Both the position numbers and the translations under genes were made by a program. Below are positions 17,638 to 27,289 of a stretch of 64,000 nt of DNA, in pieces; within the stretch, counting starts at the first letter, position 1, and the number at the start of each line of letters is the position of its first letter. The stretch is from a bacterium. Its GTDB lineage: Bacteria > RBG-13-61-14 > DATKZS01. The notes beneath the pieces were generated by a model that did no database searches, was not told the origin of the DNA, and saw only the letters and a program-made list of their open reading frames with translations. The stretch spans positions 672,001 to 736,000 of the forward strand of contig CAXXFL010000005.1 in NCBI GenBank assembly GCA_963674965.2, read 5' to 3'.

Positions 17638-19401
17638 GTTCCAGTTGCGTAACTAGAAAAAGCCAATAAAAACAATGTGCTGTAAGCATTTTTCGCTTCC
17701 CTTTTTGGTCTTGATATGATACAATAACTCCTTGAAAAATCAAGGATTGACTTGCCGGGATGCTGTGAAGGGGGCGAAAAATGCGACCGAAAATTAAAAT
17801 GCAAATGACCATTGAAGACCACGAATTTTTGAAAGCGGGCCATCTTTTCAAACAAGACACTGAGCTTGAGAAGATGAGCATAGCGCTCGACGAGGCCAAG
17901 GAAATTCTGGAAGCTGTTGCCGATGATCTCCAAAGCGGACTCAAGGAGACCGGCGCCGAGGGGATGAGCGTCGAGCAGGTCCTTAGGAGCGCGGTCATCT
18001 ATCAACTCAAGTGTTATTCCTACCGGGAACTCGGCGACCGCCTCGGTTCCGATTACAATTTCCGCAAGTTCACCAGGTTCTTCGGGCGGGACATTCCCCA
18101 TTTCAGCAGCCTGGAGCGGGCGATAAAACGCATCCGCCCCGAGACCTGGGAGCGGATCAACGAAATGCTCGTGGCCCTGGCCATTAAAAAAAAAGTAGAA
18201 GACGGCGAGGCGGTCCGCGCTGACACCGCGGTGGCCGAGGCCAACATCCACTATCCGACCGACGCTTCGCTTCTTTTTGACAGCATCCGTGTATTGGACC
18301 GGTTGATGAAAGGAGCGCGGAAGGAGCTGCCGGGTCTCGGGTTCGAATATCATGACCGGACTCGGCGGGCCAAGAAGCGCGCTTACCAGATCGCCATGGG
18401 CAAAGGCAAAGGGATCGAGAAGAAACGGGCGGTCTGGTACCGGGACCTTCTCAAGGTTTCGGCGGAAATCTTGGCCATGGCCCGCTCGGCGCGGGAGGCG
18501 CTGGACGAGGCCCTTAAAGGCGGAGAGCTTTATTTCAGCGATGCGGGCCTGGCAACCATGATCAAGAGCGAACTCGATCATTACCTGCCGCTTTCTGAGC
18601 AGTGCGTCGAGCAGTGCGAGCGGCGGGTTATAAAAGGCGAGAAGGTTCCCGCGCAAGAGAAGGTGGTTTCCGTTTTCGAGCCGCACGTTGATATCATCCG
18701 GAGAGGCAAGACCATGAGCCCGACCGAGTTCGGTCACAAGGTGATGGCGGCGACGGGAAGGTCGGGGATTGTGCTTCAATATAAAGTGTGCGAGGGCAAC
18801 CCTTCCGACGCCGACCTTTTCGAGGACATTTTGCAAAAACACGTCCGCCTGTTCGGCAAGGCTCCACGCGAGTTTACCGGCGACCGCCGCTTCTATCATG
18901 AGGACAATGAGAAGCTTGCGACCGAAGGTCCTTATTATATCGAGCGCCTGGCCATTCCCAAGCCCGGCAAAAGGAGTTCGGAGCGGATCGAGCACGAGCG
19001 TCAGCGCTGGTTCAAGAAGCTTCTTCGCTTCCGGGCCGGGATCGAGGGCGGCCTTTCCGCCCTTCTTCGCGGCTTCGGTCTGAGCCGATGCCTGTGGAGA
19101 GGTTTCGAGAGCTTCAAGTCCTGGGTGGGTCTTTCGTTCTTTGCCTGGAACCTTCGAAAACTCGCGCTGCTGACTTAGCCGCCGCCGGGCGCGCCCCTGT
19201 GGGGGCAATGAAAAACGGAAATGAAAAACAGCAAAAGGAGAGGTGTTTTTTGAAAGGATAGAAAAGGGCCGGCTCAGGCATTCAACTCGCCTGAAAGCGT
19301 TAAAATCTTTTCCGTCCTTTATGGACGCCCTGAAAATCTGCATGTCCATATCCTCTCCGCACCGCATAATGAAAGCCATTAAGCAGTTGTGCAACAGAAA
19401 C
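17638..19401 (+). mobile_element. Insertion sequence, 1,764 bp (ISNCY/ISDol1-like)
   Basis: Imperfect terminal IRs GTTCCAGTTGCGTAACT / AGTTGTGCAACAGAAAC; TAAATA duplicated at 17632-17637 and 19402-19407; one transposase gene. Confidence 0.88.
17781..19178 (+). CDS. DDE transposase (ISNCY/IS5-like)
   Basis: RADTAVAEANIHYPTDASLL; EKVVSVFEPHVDIIRRGK..EFGHKV; GDRRF; FRAGIEGGLS.L.R.FGL.RC.WRG. Confidence 0.93.
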   Translation: MRPKIKMQMTIEDHEFLKAGHLFKQDTELEKMSIALDEAKEILEAVADDLQSGLKETGAEGMSVEQVLRSAVIYQLKCYSYRELGDRLGSDYNFRKFTRFFGRDIPHFSSLERAIKRIRPETWERINEMLVALAIKKKVEDGEAVRADTAVAEANIHYPTDASLLFDSIRVLDRLMKGARKELPGLGFEYHDRTRRAKKRAYQIAMGKGKGIEKKRAVWYRDLLKVSAEILAMARSAREALDEALKGGELYFSDAGLATMIKSELDHYLPLSEQCVEQCERRVIKGEKVPAQEKVVSVFEPHVDIIRRGKTMSPTEFGHKVMAATGRSGIVLQYKVCEGNPSDADLFEDILQKHVRLFGKAPREFTGDRRFYHEDNEKLATEGPYYIERLAIPKPGKRSSERIEHERQRWFKKLLRFRAGIEGGLSALLRGFGLSRCLWRGFESFKSWVGLSFFAWNLRKLALLT

Positions 19402-19456
19402 TAAATAGAGAACGTAGAAGAATCGGCGGGTTCACCTATTTTAGAGGGAGACAATT

Positions 19457-20821
19457 ATGAGCAAGATATACAAGCTGATGGGTATTTTACTGGTTACTTT
19501 TATTGTGATGGGAACCATGGGCCTCAGGTGCGGCCCCCGCGACCTTGACAACCGCAATAAGGTCCAATCGCTACTGAATCGGATTGACGCCCAGGCCGCG
19601 ACCAACCCGGGTCCGTCCACCGTGTCAACCAATTTCACTACCTTCACGGAGACGAGCTTCACCTCCCAGGACGGTACGTGGACGGAGATCGCGGCAAATG
19701 GAAACGTGGAGGATATTTACCTATATCTGACGTCCAGTTACACTGAATCCACCTGCTGGGTGAATTCATCCTGGACTTCCACGCATACCGTAAGCTCGAG
19801 TTGGATTACGACTCTGATATCTTCCTGGACAAGTTGCAGTACATGGTCCACTAGCGCGATAACGGACGCCTGGGACGGCTACGGGTTCCTGAACATTATC
19901 GACGGCGGCCAGGGCCAGCCCTTCCGCGGCGTCAGCTCCGGAGTGGCGCTGGAGGACTCGAACAACGAACTGGTGCTTCCGCCCCAGACCTTGATGGGCC
20001 TCCAGGTGGCGCGCAAGGTATACGCCAACCCCAACGGCTCCGAGGCCACCAAGGATAACTTCATCCGCTGGCTTGAGATACTGACCAACAACACGGCCTC
20101 CCCCATCACGGTGGACCTGGTTATCGGCGGAAACGGCGCCCATAACACGATTATGGACACGGCCGACGGAGACTCGATCATGGAGCCGGGCGTCGATAAC
20201 TATTACCTTTCCAGGGACGAGAATTCCAACAATAACTGGATTCCATATCTTGGCAACCTGCTCGACGGCACCATGGGCGTGGACGACGGCGTGGACCGGG
20301 TAATTCAGGGACAAAGCGGCGGGAGCATCCTTGATTATGACCAAACCACGGGATGGACCATAAATCCATACGCCACCAGCACGCATACCCAGGCGGCAAA
20401 CTTCGACGACGTGATCCATTCCTGGACCGGCGTTACGGTAAATCCGGGCGAGACGAAAATCCTCATGCACATGGAGATCATGGCCTATAACAAGCCGGCC
20501 GGCGGCACGGTGTCCAACGTGAGGTCCATGGCCGAGGGCCTCGAGACGGCCCCCGCCAAGGCCGTGGCCGGCATGGACTCGGACGAAAAGAACGCGGTCA
20601 TCAACTGGCCGGCGGCGCGAAACAACTGCAACGTCACGGCGCCCGCTCATTCGGCCCCCGCCGGGACCCTTATCGGAATAACCAATCTGAACACCCTTGT
20701 GACCGCCCAGAGCTACGCCCTGCGCGACGGCAGCTTCGGCGTGTGCATCGACGCCGGCGCGGGAGACGAGCTCGAGGTCTCGGCCAACGGAAAGGTGGTG
20801 GGGACCATTACCGCTCAGTAA
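19457..20821 (+). CDS. Exported protein, probable lipoprotein; beta-rich surface protein with a C-terminal Ig-like module
   Basis: Signal peptide with GLRC lipobox-like Cys; GAGGGAG RBS; Thr/Asn/Gly-rich; DGSF...AGAGDELEV C-terminal module. Confidence 0.75.
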   Translation: MSKIYKLMGILLVTFIVMGTMGLRCGPRDLDNRNKVQSLLNRIDAQAATNPGPSTVSTNFTTFTETSFTSQDGTWTEIAANGNVEDIYLYLTSSYTESTCWVNSSWTSTHTVSSSWITTLISSWTSCSTWSTSAITDAWDGYGFLNIIDGGQGQPFRGVSSGVALEDSNNELVLPPQTLMGLQVARKVYANPNGSEATKDNFIRWLEILTNNTASPITVDLVIGGNGAHNTIMDTADGDSIMEPGVDNYYLSRDENSNNNWIPYLGNLLDGTMGVDDGVDRVIQGQSGGSILDYDQTTGWTINPYATSTHTQAANFDDVIHSWTGVTVNPGETKILMHMEIMAYNKPAGGTVSNVRSMAEGLETAPAKAVAGMDSDEKNAVINWPAARNNCNVTAPAHSAPAGTLIGITNLNTLVTAQSYALRDGSFGVCIDAGAGDELEVSANGKVVGTITAQ

Positions 20822-20847
20822 ACCATGAAGCTTTGACCGGAGGGGGA

Positions 20848-20856
20848 TGCTATAAT
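20848..20856 (+). promoter_or_regulatory. Putative extended -10 promoter
   Basis: TGCTATAAT upstream of the sulfatase-like gene. Confidence 0.45.
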
Positions 20857-20890
20857 ATTTGCATCCCCCTTTGTTTTTGGATTGGAAAGA

Positions 20891-23281
20891 ATGAAAGCTA
20901 TTAAATTAAAGTCCGTCGTCTTGCTCGCGGCCGTTCTTCTTGCGCCGTCTTTTTTTTGCTCCCTCTCCTGCAAGGGCAAGTCCGCGCGGCCCAACGTGAT
21001 TATCGTGACCCTGGACACCACCAGGGCCGATCACATTGGCTGCTATGGCAACAATAACATCGAAACCCCCGTCATGGACCGCCTGGCCAAGGAGGGCGTC
21101 CGTTTCGACAGGCTCTACGCCTCGGCTCCCATTACTTTGCCCAACCACGCGTCCATCTTGACGGGGACCCATCCGGCTTTCCATGGGGCGAGAAACAACG
21201 GGACCTTCAAGGTTGACGAGTCCATTACCACGGCGGCCGAGATTTTCAAGAATCGGGGCTACCAGACCGCCGGATTTATCGCGTCCTTTCCCCTGCTCGC
21301 GCGCTTCGGACTGGACCAGGGCTTTGACGTTTACGACGACCGCATCGAGGAGGGAAAGGAAAAGCGGACCTTCCTGTTCCAGGAGCGGCGGGCCGAGGAC
21401 GTTAACCGCGCCGTGTTCAACTGGCTCGATAAACGCCAGGATGGCCCCTTTTTCGTCTGGGTACATTACTTCGATCCTCATTTCTCTTATGAAGCTCCCT
21501 CCCCATATCGCGAGAAATACTTCTTCGAGCCCTATGACGGCGAGATCGCCTACGCGGACGCCCAGTTGGGAGAGCTATTGTCAAGGTTCCGGGAAAAGGG
21601 CCTTTTGGAAAACGCTATCGTGGTGGTCACGGCCGACCATGGAGAAAGCCTGGGCGAGCATAAAGAGAAGACTCACGCCATCCTGATATATTACGCCACC
21701 GTTCAAGTGCCGCTGATAATATGGGCGCCCGGCATTCTGCCCGCGGGCCAGGTCGAAGAGGACCTGGTCAGGTCCATCGATATCCTGCCGACGGTGCTTG
21801 ATTACGCCGATATCGAGGTCCCCTCCGACGTTCAGGGCGTAAGCCTTCGGCCTCTGATCGAGGACCGGGAGGACTCTCTCGATCTTATCGCCTATACCGA
21901 GACTCTGGCCCCGTTCCTGCACTTTCACTGGACCCCCTTGGAGAGCGTCCGTACCAACGAGTGGCTCTACATTCACGCCGAGCCCGAGGAATTATATAAC
22001 CTGAAGAACGACCCCAAGGAACTTGATAACCTGGCCGATGCCGAGCCCAAGACCCTGGCCCGGACGCGAGATATCTTCAAAAAGGAAAAGAACGCCATCC
22101 AAAACCCCAGCCCCGTGGACGGGACCATCCGCATGGACGCGGAAACTCAGGACCGGCTTCGGGCGCTCGGGTATATCCAGTCCGCCACCGTGGCTCCGGA
22201 CCCTGACGAGCGTCTGCCCAACCCCCGGGACCTGGTAGGCAACCTGGAGATATTCTATAAGGGACAGTCGGCCATGACTGCGGAGCAATATGAAGCGGCC
22301 ATCGAAATATTCGATTCAGTCCTGGAAAAAGACCCCAACTTCGGCCGGGCCCACCTGGAGAAGGGATTTTGTTATTTCAAAATGGGAGAGCTTGACAAGG
22401 CCCTCGAGTGCTATAACCTGGCGGAGAAATTCCTTCCCACGCCCGAGACGTACATGGGCCGCGCCCAGGTATTTCTTTCCCTCAAGAAAAAAGACGAGGC
22501 TAAAAAGGACCTCGAGACCACCATGGAAATGGACCCGTCCCATTCCGCTTCCCGAATACTTATGGCCAAGCTTTACTTGACGGAAAAGAACGTCAAGGAC
22601 GCTTACCGTTTGCTTCTCGAGGCGGTCAAGGCCAACCCTCGCTCCGAGGTGGCCCATTACGAGCTGGGCCGATTCTACAAGGTCACCGGCAACCCGATCG
22701 AGGCCAAAAACGAGTTCCTGGAGGCTCGGGACGCGAACCCCAACTTTGCCCAGGCCGCCTATGAGCTGGGTTCGCTTCAGATAGACGGGGGGGAATCGGA
22801 GGAGGGATTGAAAAATCTTCAACTGGCCGTGCAAAGGAACCCGAAGTTCAGCCCGGCCCACGCCAGGATGGCCCAGTACTACCTCGACCAGGACCAGTTG
22901 ACCCGTGCCGAGTCCCATATCGAGGTCGCCCTGGCGATCGATCCGTCCAGCGCGGAGGCGCACTTTGTTAATGGCAACCTTTTAATTAAAAAGGGTAATC
23001 TTCCCGGGGCCTACGCCGAGTTCACGGAAGCGGTCAAAGAAAATCCCCGCCACGCCCTGGCGCACAAGAACCTGGGCTCGATCCTGGCCATCATGGGGGA
23101 CTCGGAAAAGTCCATCCTGCATTACAAGCTCTCCCTGGAGCTGGCTCCCAACCAGCCCATGGCGGAAAAAATCAAAGCCGCCCTCAAGGAAATGGGCGCA
23201 GATCCCTCCACGCCGGCGGCTCCCGAAACGTCGATTATTCCTCCAGCCGACTCGATGGAAGGGCTTCCTGAAGACCAATAA
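20891..23281 (+). CDS. Sulfatase-like hydrolase (alkaline phosphatase superfamily) with C-terminal TPR array; probable lipoprotein
   Basis: PNVIIVTLDTTRADH, PITLPNHASILTG, HYFDPH, YDGEIAYAD, ADHGE; multiple TPRs (A...NP....AH..LG); SLSC lipobox-like. Confidence 0.9.
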   Translation: MKAIKLKSVVLLAAVLLAPSFFCSLSCKGKSARPNVIIVTLDTTRADHIGCYGNNNIETPVMDRLAKEGVRFDRLYASAPITLPNHASILTGTHPAFHGARNNGTFKVDESITTAAEIFKNRGYQTAGFIASFPLLARFGLDQGFDVYDDRIEEGKEKRTFLFQERRAEDVNRAVFNWLDKRQDGPFFVWVHYFDPHFSYEAPSPYREKYFFEPYDGEIAYADAQLGELLSRFREKGLLENAIVVVTADHGESLGEHKEKTHAILIYYATVQVPLIIWAPGILPAGQVEEDLVRSIDILPTVLDYADIEVPSDVQGVSLRPLIEDREDSLDLIAYTETLAPFLHFHWTPLESVRTNEWLYIHAEPEELYNLKNDPKELDNLADAEPKTLARTRDIFKKEKNAIQNPSPVDGTIRMDAETQDRLRALGYIQSATVAPDPDERLPNPRDLVGNLEIFYKGQSAMTAEQYEAAIEIFDSVLEKDPNFGRAHLEKGFCYFKMGELDKALECYNLAEKFLPTPETYMGRAQVFLSLKKKDEAKKDLETTMEMDPSHSASRILMAKLYLTEKNVKDAYRLLLEAVKANPRSEVAHYELGRFYKVTGNPIEAKNEFLEARDANPNFAQAAYELGSLQIDGGESEEGLKNLQLAVQRNPKFSPAHARMAQYYLDQDQLTRAESHIEVALAIDPSSAEAHFVNGNLLIKKGNLPGAYAEFTEAVKENPRHALAHKNLGSILAIMGDSEKSILHYKLSLELAPNQPMAEKIKAALKEMGADPSTPAAPETSIIPPADSMEGLPEDQ

Positions 23282-23298
23282 ACTTTCGCGTCAACTTC

Positions 23299-23367
23299 CG
23301 CCCAGATTGAAGATGATGGGTTTAAATCTTATTATTATTGGCGAACTTATCTTGCAATTCGCTGTCC
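23299..23367 (+). repeat. 69-bp direct repeat, copy 1
   Basis: 62/69 identical to 25389-25457 by manual alignment. Confidence 0.9.
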
Positions 23368-23473
23368 ATAGGGATGTCAATAATACGTATCTCTTGTGAT
23401 GACTTTTATAATACAACTTCCATTTAGCGCCGGAATGTTATAAGCTCCTTATAAATAACGGGAGGTGAAGAGC

Positions 23474-24325
23474 ATGAAATACTATACACCAATATATCTG
23501 GCTTTGCTTTTCTTCTTTCTTGCGCCTCATGCCTCATTGGCGGGAAGGATTCATGAGGCGACTTCCGCCGGAGATATCGAAACCGTAAAGTCCATTTTAC
23601 TTAAGGACCCCAAAAAAGCCAACGCAAAGGACTTATCCTGCGGATGTACTCCACTACATATCGCTTCCGAGGAAGGTAAAAAAGAGATCGTTAAATTACT
23701 GATCGAGCATGGCGCCGACGTAAATTCCAGGAAAAGCATTGTCAAATACATCCCTCTCCATATGTGCTCCTTCAAGGGCCACAAGGAAATAGCCGAGATA
23801 CTGATAGAAAACGGGTCCCAGTTGAACGCCATGACCAATGAAGGCCACACCCCGCTTCATTTCGCGGCGGTTGAGAACCAATTGGAGATCGTCAAACTTC
23901 TTCTCGAGAAGGGCGCCGATTACAACGCCAAGGACGGGAAGGGCCGAACGCCTATCAAGCTGGCGGCCGGGGAGGACAACTGGAGAGTGGTCGAGGCTTT
24001 CATCGACCATGGCGTGGACGTGGACTTAAAGGACGAAAACGGACTTTCTACTTTAGCTTACGCGGCGGGAAACGGATACGCTGAAATGATGAGAATGCTT
24101 ATCAAGAAAGGCGCAAACGTTAACGAGCCAGCCGGAATTATGGGATACACGCCATTAATAATCGCGGCCTCGCAAAATCAGACGACGTCGTGCAAAATCC
24201 TGATCGAAAACGGCGCCGACGTAAACAAGGCAAGCCTCGAGGGCATAACCCCTTTATCAATCGCCAGGCAAGCGCGTCACGATGATCTTGCCGAGTTGCT
24301 TATTGAAAATGGCGCCAAAGAATAA
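23474..24325 (+). CDS. Exported ankyrin-repeat protein
   Basis: Signal peptide; repeated G.TPLH.A...G..EIVKLLIE.GADVN; GGGAGG RBS. Confidence 0.95.
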   Translation: MKYYTPIYLALLFFFLAPHASLAGRIHEATSAGDIETVKSILLKDPKKANAKDLSCGCTPLHIASEEGKKEIVKLLIEHGADVNSRKSIVKYIPLHMCSFKGHKEIAEILIENGSQLNAMTNEGHTPLHFAAVENQLEIVKLLLEKGADYNAKDGKGRTPIKLAAGEDNWRVVEAFIDHGVDVDLKDENGLSTLAYAAGNGYAEMMRMLIKKGANVNEPAGIMGYTPLIIAASQNQTTSCKILIENGADVNKASLEGITPLSIARQARHDDLAELLIENGAKE

Positions 24326-24359
24326 GGACGGCCACAAGGCTTTTAAAGGGAGGAGTCAA

Positions 24360-25379
24360 ATGATTAAGCGTTTTCTTATAGCCCTATTTCTGATCACGAT
24401 CACCTTCACTGGAACTTCGGCTTTTGCCGCCAAAATACATAAAGCCGCCGAGCGGGGCGACGTGGACGCGGTAAGAAAAATTCTTAAAAGGGGCGCCAAG
24501 AAGGTTAATTCCACGGGCTACAATAATAATACCCCCCTCCATATCGCGGCGGAAAACGATCATAAGGAGTTGGTTAACGTTCTTTTGGAGGCGGGAGCTG
24601 AAATTGAGGCGCAAAACGATAAAAAAAATACTCCTCTCCATCTTGCCGCCAAGTCCGGGCATAAAGACATATGCGCTTTGCTTCTTGAAAAAGGAGCCAG
24701 GATAGACGCAAAAGCGGAAAACGGGAACACGCCTCTACATCTTATTGAGGACCCGGATACCGCGGCGTTTCTGATTGAAAAGGGGGCGGATGTCGAAGCC
24801 GGCAATGAAAAAGGAGAAACGCCTTTGCATCGGGTCGCCTACAGGGGAAGCATGGACGTTATTAAGCTTCTTCTTTCAAAAGGAGCCGAGTTGGAATCAC
24901 GCGATAATGACGGCCGTACTCCGCTCTATAAAGCGGTGGATGGGGATGAACTGGAAGTCGTCAAGTTCTTTCATAAAGAGGGAGCTGATATTAACGCCAA
25001 GGATAAGGAGGGGCTGACTCCTCTGGCTTACGCCGCTCAGTCAAGAAAGATTGGCGGCTTAAACTACCAGGGCCAAGCATCCGCGCCGCCATTTTTAAAC
25101 GCTTCGGTTTTCACCATCGAGTTCGTCAACAACGATGAAATGGTCAAGGCCCTTATCGAGGAAGGCGCCGCGGTGGACGCAGAGGACAGTAACGGGTCCA
25201 CCGCTTTGCATCACGCCGCGGCTAAAGGCTACTCCAGCGTGGTTGAAATACTATTGGACAATGGCGCCGACGTTAACGCGCGCAATAACGACGGCAAGAC
25301 TCCACGGGACCTCGCCCTTGAAAACGAGCAACAAGAAACGGCTCAAGTTCTCGAAAAACGCGAGCAAACTCCAGATTGA
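24360..25379 (+). CDS. Exported ankyrin-repeat protein
   Basis: Signal peptide ending SAFA; repeated TPLH.AA..G...LLEKGA; GAGGAG RBS. Confidence 0.95.
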   Translation: MIKRFLIALFLITITFTGTSAFAAKIHKAAERGDVDAVRKILKRGAKKVNSTGYNNNTPLHIAAENDHKELVNVLLEAGAEIEAQNDKKNTPLHLAAKSGHKDICALLLEKGARIDAKAENGNTPLHLIEDPDTAAFLIEKGADVEAGNEKGETPLHRVAYRGSMDVIKLLLSKGAELESRDNDGRTPLYKAVDGDELEVVKFFHKEGADINAKDKEGLTPLAYAAQSRKIGGLNYQGQASAPPFLNASVFTIEFVNNDEMVKALIEEGAAVDAEDSNGSTALHHAAAKGYSSVVEILLDNGADVNARNNDGKTPRDLALENEQQETAQVLEKREQTPD

Positions 25380-25388
25380 GAAATTTTA

Positions 25389-25457
25389 CGCCCAAATTGA
25401 AGACAATGGGTTTTTATCTTTTTATTATTGGCGAACTTATCATGCAATTCGCTGTCC
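25389..25457 (+). repeat. 69-bp direct repeat, copy 2
   Basis: 62/69 identical to 23299-23367. Confidence 0.9.
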
Positions 25458-26208
25458 GAAGAGACAACGGTAATCCCTAGCGAGGCAGTACTTATCAACG
25501 CTGAAGGAAAAGCAAGGAGGAACAGGGATGTCAAATCTAGAGCACGCGATTAGATTCAAAAGAGGAGGCGGTCATGGCTAAAGGCAAATTACTGTAGGCC
25601 CAGGGACTCCATACTTAATTTGCTATATGCACGAGTATTTTTTTCGAGTGCCCGAGATAACATTGCGTCTCCCGCTTTTATTAAGCTATTCAAAATCCGG
25701 CCTTTATAAATATCATTGCCAATATTGTCATAAGATATGGGAAACGTTAATAATGAAGCATGACGTCCCCATATCATACTGAAACGTAATTCATTCTCGG
25801 AATATCAAACTCCCCGACCTGCTCGCTATGCTCGCCCATATAGCGGAACTATATTTGTTTCGTATGGGCCGGTGGGAAAGACGCGGTAACGAGAAATACG
25901 CGGCCCCGTGCCCATCCCGCTTCGCGGGACCCGCGCGGTTTCTTTGAAACCGGACGGGTCACCCGGCGTCCCGCGGCTTTCACGCGATGACGGCATGGCG
26001 ATCCAAGTCAGGCCCCGGCGGCGCGACCCGAGTTATGCTTTGAAAATCGAGTCTTAAGCGGGCCATTATCGTCCTCTCACGCTCGGCGGTCCCGGCGTGG
26101 CCAGATTGTCCGCTTAAACGCCGGGATATTCCCGGCCTTGGGCGGCTTTTTGGTTTTTGGCCTGTTGTTTTTCCATGGTTACCGTGCTACACTTCCATAT
26201 TTAACCAT

Positions 26209-26290
26209 CTCACACGCGCGCTCGTCCGCTCCTGGTTCCGGCCTTGCCGGTGGGGGCGAATACCAGGCGGCGCGCGGAGGTAAAAACCAA
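26209..26290 (+). ncRNA. rpsB leader (t44-like, S2 autoregulatory RNA)
   Basis: CACACGCGCG...CCTGGT..ACCAGG..CGCGCGGAGGTAAAAACC architecture directly upstream of rpsB, as in t44 leaders. Confidence 0.65.
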
Positions 26291-26306
26291 AGCGGAGGAA
26301 TTGACA

Positions 26307-27215
26307 ATGGCGGTAATCACCATGAAGCAGCTCTTGGAGGCCGGCGTACATTTCGGCCATCAGACCAAGCGCTGGAACCCGAAAATGAAGCCCTATATTT
26401 ATGGGGCGAGGAACGGCATCTACATCATCGACCTTCAGAAGACGGTGAAGATGTTCAAGAACGCCTACCAGTACGTACAGGACACGGTGGGGGCGGGCGA
26501 GGAAATCCTTTTCGTCGGCACCAAGCGGCAGGCCACGGACACGATCCAGGAGGAGGCCGAGCGGGCGGGCATGCATTTCGTGAACAACCGCTGGCTTGGC
26601 GGTACCCTCACCAACTTCAAGACCATCAAGACCTCGGTCGACCGGCTTCGACGCATCGAGCAGATGGCGGCCGAGGGCAAACTCGATCTTCTGTCCAAAA
26701 AGGACGTTTTGAAGATTCAGCGTATCTACTCCAAATTGGAGAAGAACCTGGGAGGGATCAAGAACATGGACAAGCTTCCGGGCGCCATGTTCGTAATAGA
26801 CCCTCGCCGTGAGAAGATCGCCGTGGCCGAGGCCAACAAGCTTGGCATCCCGGTGGTGGCGGTGGTCGATACCAACTGCGATCCCGACCCCGTGGATTAC
26901 CTTATCCCGGGCAACGACGACGCCATCAGGGCTATCCGTCTTTTCGCCGGCAAGATGGCCGACGCCTGCCTCGAGGGCAGGGAGATGCATCAGAAGCTCC
27001 TTCGCACCGAGCCGGACTCGATGGAGGCGGCGGTGGGCAAGGAAGGAGACGCGGTCGGCGAGGAAGTCAAAAAGGGCCCGGTGGTCGAGCGCATCCAGGA
27101 CCTTATTTCCGGCGAGCTTGGCGAGGGGGCCGAGGAGGAGGACGCGGACCAGGATACCGATTCTTCTCCTGACGATGTACCCGACAAGGACGCGGACGAG
27201 GAAGATTCCCAGTAA
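26307..27215 (+). CDS. rpsB: 30S ribosomal protein S2, with acidic C-terminal tail
   Basis: [42 protein letters not shown]. Confidence 0.98.
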   Translation: MAVITMKQLLEAGVHFGHQTKRWNPKMKPYIYGARNGIYIIDLQKTVKMFKNAYQYVQDTVGAGEEILFVGTKRQATDTIQEEAERAGMHFVNNRWLGGTLTNFKTIKTSVDRLRRIEQMAAEGKLDLLSKKDVLKIQRIYSKLEKNLGGIKNMDKLPGAMFVIDPRREKIAVAEANKLGIPVVAVVDTNCDPDPVDYLIPGNDDAIRAIRLFAGKMADACLEGREMHQKLLRTEPDSMEAAVGKEGDAVGEEVKKGPVVERIQDLISGELGEGAEEEDADQDTDSSPDDVPDKDADEEDSQ

Positions 27216-27289
27216 GGTCGGGTTAATTAACCAAATCGCCGGGGCCGTTTGCCTCGGCTTTTACCCAGATACTCCAGGAGGATGGAAAA

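Noticed and set aside
17631-19394. 587-aa antisense ORF spanning almost exactly the IS
   Set aside because: It is in codon register with the transposase; such shadows arise when CTA, TCA and TTA codons are rare. No recognisable motifs.
19385-19401. GTGCAACAGAAA resembles an RNase P RNA motif
   Set aside because: It is the IS right inverted repeat, and other RNase P conserved regions are absent.
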